A DNA stretch of 57,284 nucleotides, from contig JAUWHP010000021.1 of NCBI GenBank assembly GCA_030605765.1, forward strand, positions 1-57,284. The letters are read 5' to 3'. Under the pieces are notes generated by a model. It did no database searches. It was not told where the DNA came from and was given only the letters and a program-made list of their open reading frames with translations. Shown one piece after another: positions 54,670 through 57,284 of the stretch; position 1 is the stretch's first letter; each line of letters opens with the position of its first letter. The translations under genes were made by a program, and so were the position numbers. The DNA comes from Dehalococcoidia bacterium (GTDB taxonomy: Bacteria; Chloroflexota; Dehalococcoidia; GIF9; AB-539-J10).

Positions 54670-55368
54670 TCATTCTTCGCTTCGCGAAGAATCCCCACCA
54701 CCCCCCAAAGCAATAGTCGCGCCAGGCTTGTTCCTTATTGAAATATCAAGGCTCCTTACCTCTCCAATATCTTTCAACGTCGAAACCATAGCTAATAAGG
54801 CTTTGGCAATGATATCCTTTACAAAAGGTTTTATGAAAACCTGTTTGCCATTCACAAAAAGGAAGGCGTCACCTTCAGCTTGAAAGACAAATTTGTTTTC
54901 TATGAAATCGGCTACCGCAGGGGCATCATTCGATGAGAACTGGGGCACACCTATATCCAGCGGCTCGTCACTGACTATGGCGGAGAGCATTTTAGGGGAG
55001 CACAGCAGGTCTTCTCCCAATTCTCTTCTGTATACTTCGATTTTAGGAGCTTTGCCTCTTTTGAATCCCTCAACCAGAACCAGGTCAAATTCACCACCAA
55101 CAACTCTCAGAATCTCTTCAATGTTAGGGTCATGCTCTACACCTTTGACGAGGACGAGCCTGTCAGGGGAGCTAATAACCACGGCATCACTGCCTGCTCT
55201 GGCAAATTTCCAGCTATCTTTCCCAGGCGTGTCTATCTCTATCCCTCCTGGACTGTGCTTAACAGTAGCCACCCGATATCCTCTTTTTTTGAATTCCCCA
55301 ATCAGCTTCTCAACAAGCGCTGTTTTGCCAGCCCCTGATTTGCCCACAATAGAAACAACTGAACACAT
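54670..55368 (-). CDS. mobB: Molybdopterin-guanine dinucleotide biosynthesis adapter MobB with C-terminal extension
   Basis: VSIVGKSGAGKTALVEKLI..RGYRVATVKH is the MobB P-loop domain. About 80 extra C-terminal residues are of unknown type. Confidence 0.8.
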   Translation of the reverse strand: MCSVVSIVGKSGAGKTALVEKLIGEFKKRGYRVATVKHSPGGIEIDTPGKDSWKFARAGSDAVVISSPDRLVLVKGVEHDPNIEEILRVVGGEFDLVLVEGFKRGKAPKIEVYRRELGEDLLCSPKMLSAIVSDEPLDIGVPQFSSNDAPAVADFIENKFVFQAEGDAFLFVNGKQVFIKPFVKDIIAKALLAMVSTLKDIGEVRSLDISIRNKPGATIALGGGGDSSRSEE

Positions 55369-55371
55369 TTC

Positions 55372-56694
55372 TTATTCCCCCAGTATTAAATCTTCACTCC
55401 AATCCAACATCTGCACTTTAACCATATCCCCTGCCTTAACTCCCTCTGTGTCTTCAGGGATAATAGCCAGGCCATTTGCCCTCGCCATCGATGTAAGAAT
55501 TCCCGAACCCTGCGGCCCTGTAAGGTAGGCGTGATACTGTTCGCCATGCTTCGTAACCCTTACTCTAGCGAAGATGCGACGCCCATCGGTGTTTGTTACA
55601 TCATCCTCTATAACAGCTTGAACACATGGCTTAGCGAGGTTTTTCTTCCCCATCATCTTCAGGATAGCCGGGCGCGCAAACTGCTCAAAGGTAACCATAG
55701 AACTAACAGGATTGCCTGGTAGGCCCAGGTGAAGTATCTGCCTCTCTCCATTCATAATCACCCCAAAAGCAGATGGTTTCCCCGGCTTCATACATACTGT
55801 CCACAGGGCAATTTCCCCACGCTCTGCCAAAACATCCTTTACCACGTCATAATCTCCCCGAGATACACCACCAGAGGTAATAAGCATATCTGAATCCATT
55901 CCCTCGTCAAGTTTCTCGTTGAGTGAGCAAACTGAATCACGTCCTATGCCAAGGATTTTAGGGAGCCCTCCGTAATGCCGAATTTGAGCAGCGATGGAGT
56001 AGGAATTACTATTATAAATCTTACCTGGAGGCAATGGTTGTCCAATATTTACAAGCTCATCACCCGTAGCCAGAACTGAAACAATCGGACGGCGTATAAC
56101 CAGAGCAGTAGAATATCCCAGAGAAGCTAACACACCTGTTTCTGACGAGCGCAGTACAGTTTCCTTTCGCAGAATTAGCGCACCCCTGGCAATATCCTCC
56201 CCCTTACATCGAACATTTAATCCTTTCTCTACCTGGCGCAGTACGCCAATCTGGGATACATCACCCCCCGACGACTTTCGCACCACCTCGTCAGTATCTT
56301 CAAATCGCACGATAGTATCAGCCCCCTGGGGCAATGGTGCTCCTGTCATAATGCGAATTGCCGTTCCTGGCTCGACTTCTCTGCTAGCTAAAGAGCCAGC
56401 AGCAACTTCGTCTACAACGGTAAAGAGCTTCGGCGACGGCTCGCCTGCGCCGCCTGTATCCTCAGCCTTCACAGCAAAGCCATCCATAGCTGAATTATCT
56501 AACGGGGGAACGTCAATCGTGGAATAGACATCTTCAGCCAGAACCTGGCCCAAACAATCCAGGATGGGCTTCTCTTCTGGTCCCAGAACTGCGACGTAGC
56601 TCAGAACCTTCTCTAAGGCTTCTTCAACTGAAATCACCGGGCTAATTATAGTCCAGTACCTCCTGTTTTTGCCAGCATGTGTGTTGGCTTGCAA
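55372..56694 (-). CDS. moeA: Molybdopterin molybdenumtransferase MoeA
   Basis: ISVEEALEKVL.., PPLDNSAMDGFAV, LITSGGVSRGDYD, PGKP, LPGNPVSS. The start is uncertain (TTG 56694 or further in). Confidence 0.85.
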   Translation of the reverse strand: MQANTHAGKNRRYWTIISPVISVEEALEKVLSYVAVLGPEEKPILDCLGQVLAEDVYSTIDVPPLDNSAMDGFAVKAEDTGGAGEPSPKLFTVVDEVAAGSLASREVEPGTAIRIMTGAPLPQGADTIVRFEDTDEVVRKSSGGDVSQIGVLRQVEKGLNVRCKGEDIARGALILRKETVLRSSETGVLASLGYSTALVIRRPIVSVLATGDELVNIGQPLPPGKIYNSNSYSIAAQIRHYGGLPKILGIGRDSVCSLNEKLDEGMDSDMLITSGGVSRGDYDVVKDVLAERGEIALWTVCMKPGKPSAFGVIMNGERQILHLGLPGNPVSSMVTFEQFARPAILKMMGKKNLAKPCVQAVIEDDVTNTDGRRIFARVRVTKHGEQYHAYLTGPQGSGILTSMARANGLAIIPEDTEGVKAGDMVKVQMLDWSEDLILGE

Positions 56695-56882
56695 CCGCCT
56701 GGCAAACTACCAATTCTATTAGAAAAACGAGCCGTGTTCTATTGAATTCCCCACTGGACAAATCATGCTGGGAACATCCCAACTGCAAGCTCAATACCGC
56801 CAAATTCGGACAGTTTTGCTTCTTAAGATAGACTTTCTCTCCAGCTACGGTTAATGGTATGGAACTTATCCGGCCTCCATTT

Positions 56883-57284
56883 CTAAGCTGAAGCTTCTAC
56901 CCGGTTTCGACCGTTTTCCTTGGCTCTATAGAGAGCATCGTCAGCACGAGAAATGAGAGAGCGTTCGTCTTCGGCCGGTTTGTAGCTGGATACCCCCTCG
57001 CTTACCGTTACACTGAACACATTCCCCTCAAAATCCTTCATCTCGGCGTCCTGAATCGCCTTTCGCACCCGTTCAGCTACATCCACAGCATAAGACAAAC
57101 CAGCCTTGAGCAAAATAATGATGAATTCCTCCCCTCCGTAGCGCCCCACAACATCTGTGTCCCGAATGTTTCGCTGCACTAATACGGCAATTCCCTCCAG
57201 GACTTCGTCTCCTATGAGATGTCCATATTGGTCATTGACCTTCTTAAAATGGTCAATGTCCAGCATAATCAGGCTAAGTTCCTC
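56883..57284 (-). CDS. GGDEF-domain diguanylate cyclase, C-terminal part (5' end outside window)
   Basis: The frame is open to the window edge. ..LIMLDIDHFKKVNDQYGHLIGDEVL.. and the GGEEF active-site motif (RYGGEEFII) are present. Confidence 0.8.
   Translation of the reverse strand, partial: EELSLIMLDIDHFKKVNDQYGHLIGDEVLEGIAVLVQRNIRDTDVVGRYGGEEFIIILLKAGLSYAVDVAERVRKAIQDAEMKDFEGNVFSVTVSEGVSSYKPAEDERSLISRADDALYRAKENGRNRVEASA

Noticed and set aside
54893-55528. 211-aa plus-strand ORF antisense to mobB/moeA. Similar long antisense ORFs occur at 4590-5090 (xth), 26064-26621 (etfA), 33229-33753 (SDR), 32282-32767 (MATE) and 40705-41088 (nrdJ).
   Set aside because: Their composition is low-complexity and Ser/Thr/Pro/Leu-rich. 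Each lies fully inside a confidently identified gene on the opposite strand, and none has a start context.
1-57284. Looked for CRISPR arrays, rRNA genes, additional tRNAs, intact IS elements, prophage modules and obvious toxin-antitoxin or defence operons.
   Set aside because: I found no regularly spaced direct repeats, no rRNA-like conserved blocks, and only one T-arm-type GGTTCGAGTCC motif (the tRNA-Leu). Every transposase or recombinase trace is a short fragment.

Overview
This is a gene-dense 57.3-kb chromosomal window. Gene content suggests an anaerobic Chloroflexota/Dehalococcoidia-like bacterium: a minimal mraZ-rsmH-ftsA-ftsZ cluster with no peptidoglycan genes, a B12-dependent class II RNR, Hdr/Flox/Etf redox genes and an archaeal-type WtpABC transporter. 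That taxonomic placement is inference only. Layout: (1) 1-18.9 kb holds housekeeping genes: uvrA 3' end, HD and radical-SAM genes, pilT, xth, a coupled GGR-uppS pair, argH, rpe, rpmB, a DAK2 fusion, recG, argS and thiC. (2) 18.9-27.7 kb holds a plus-strand HdrCB/MvhD/Flox-like operon, entered through a transposase scar, converging on minus-strand etfB-etfA-hdrA. (3) 27.7-39.2 kb is an accessory, decaying stretch. It contains tRNA-Leu(TAG) abutted by a dead serine recombinase, plus fragments of DnaE, an MBL hydrolase, an IS3 transposase, a DNA methylase, a GyrI-like protein and an ADP-ribosylglycohydrolase. Intact genes there include a coupled dUTPase-like/DUF72 pair and MATE and MFS exporters. 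An orphan promoter in this stretch faces a ~150-nt purine-rich, GGA-studded RNA candidate. (4) 39.2-47.7 kb holds a GAF-x-HPRT fusion, nrdR-nrdJ with NrdR boxes, and ftsZ/ftsA/rsmH/mraZ with a MraZ-box promoter. (5) 48-56.7 kb is one long minus-strand Mo/W-cofactor block: moeA-mobB-mog, then a Moco-type riboswitch, then wtpBCA-DUF364-moaA-moaC-MOSC. A GGDEF gene fragment sits at the right edge. I saw no rRNA, CRISPR array or intact mobile element. All family calls come from motif recognition by eye on the supplied translations and sequence; no database search was run.
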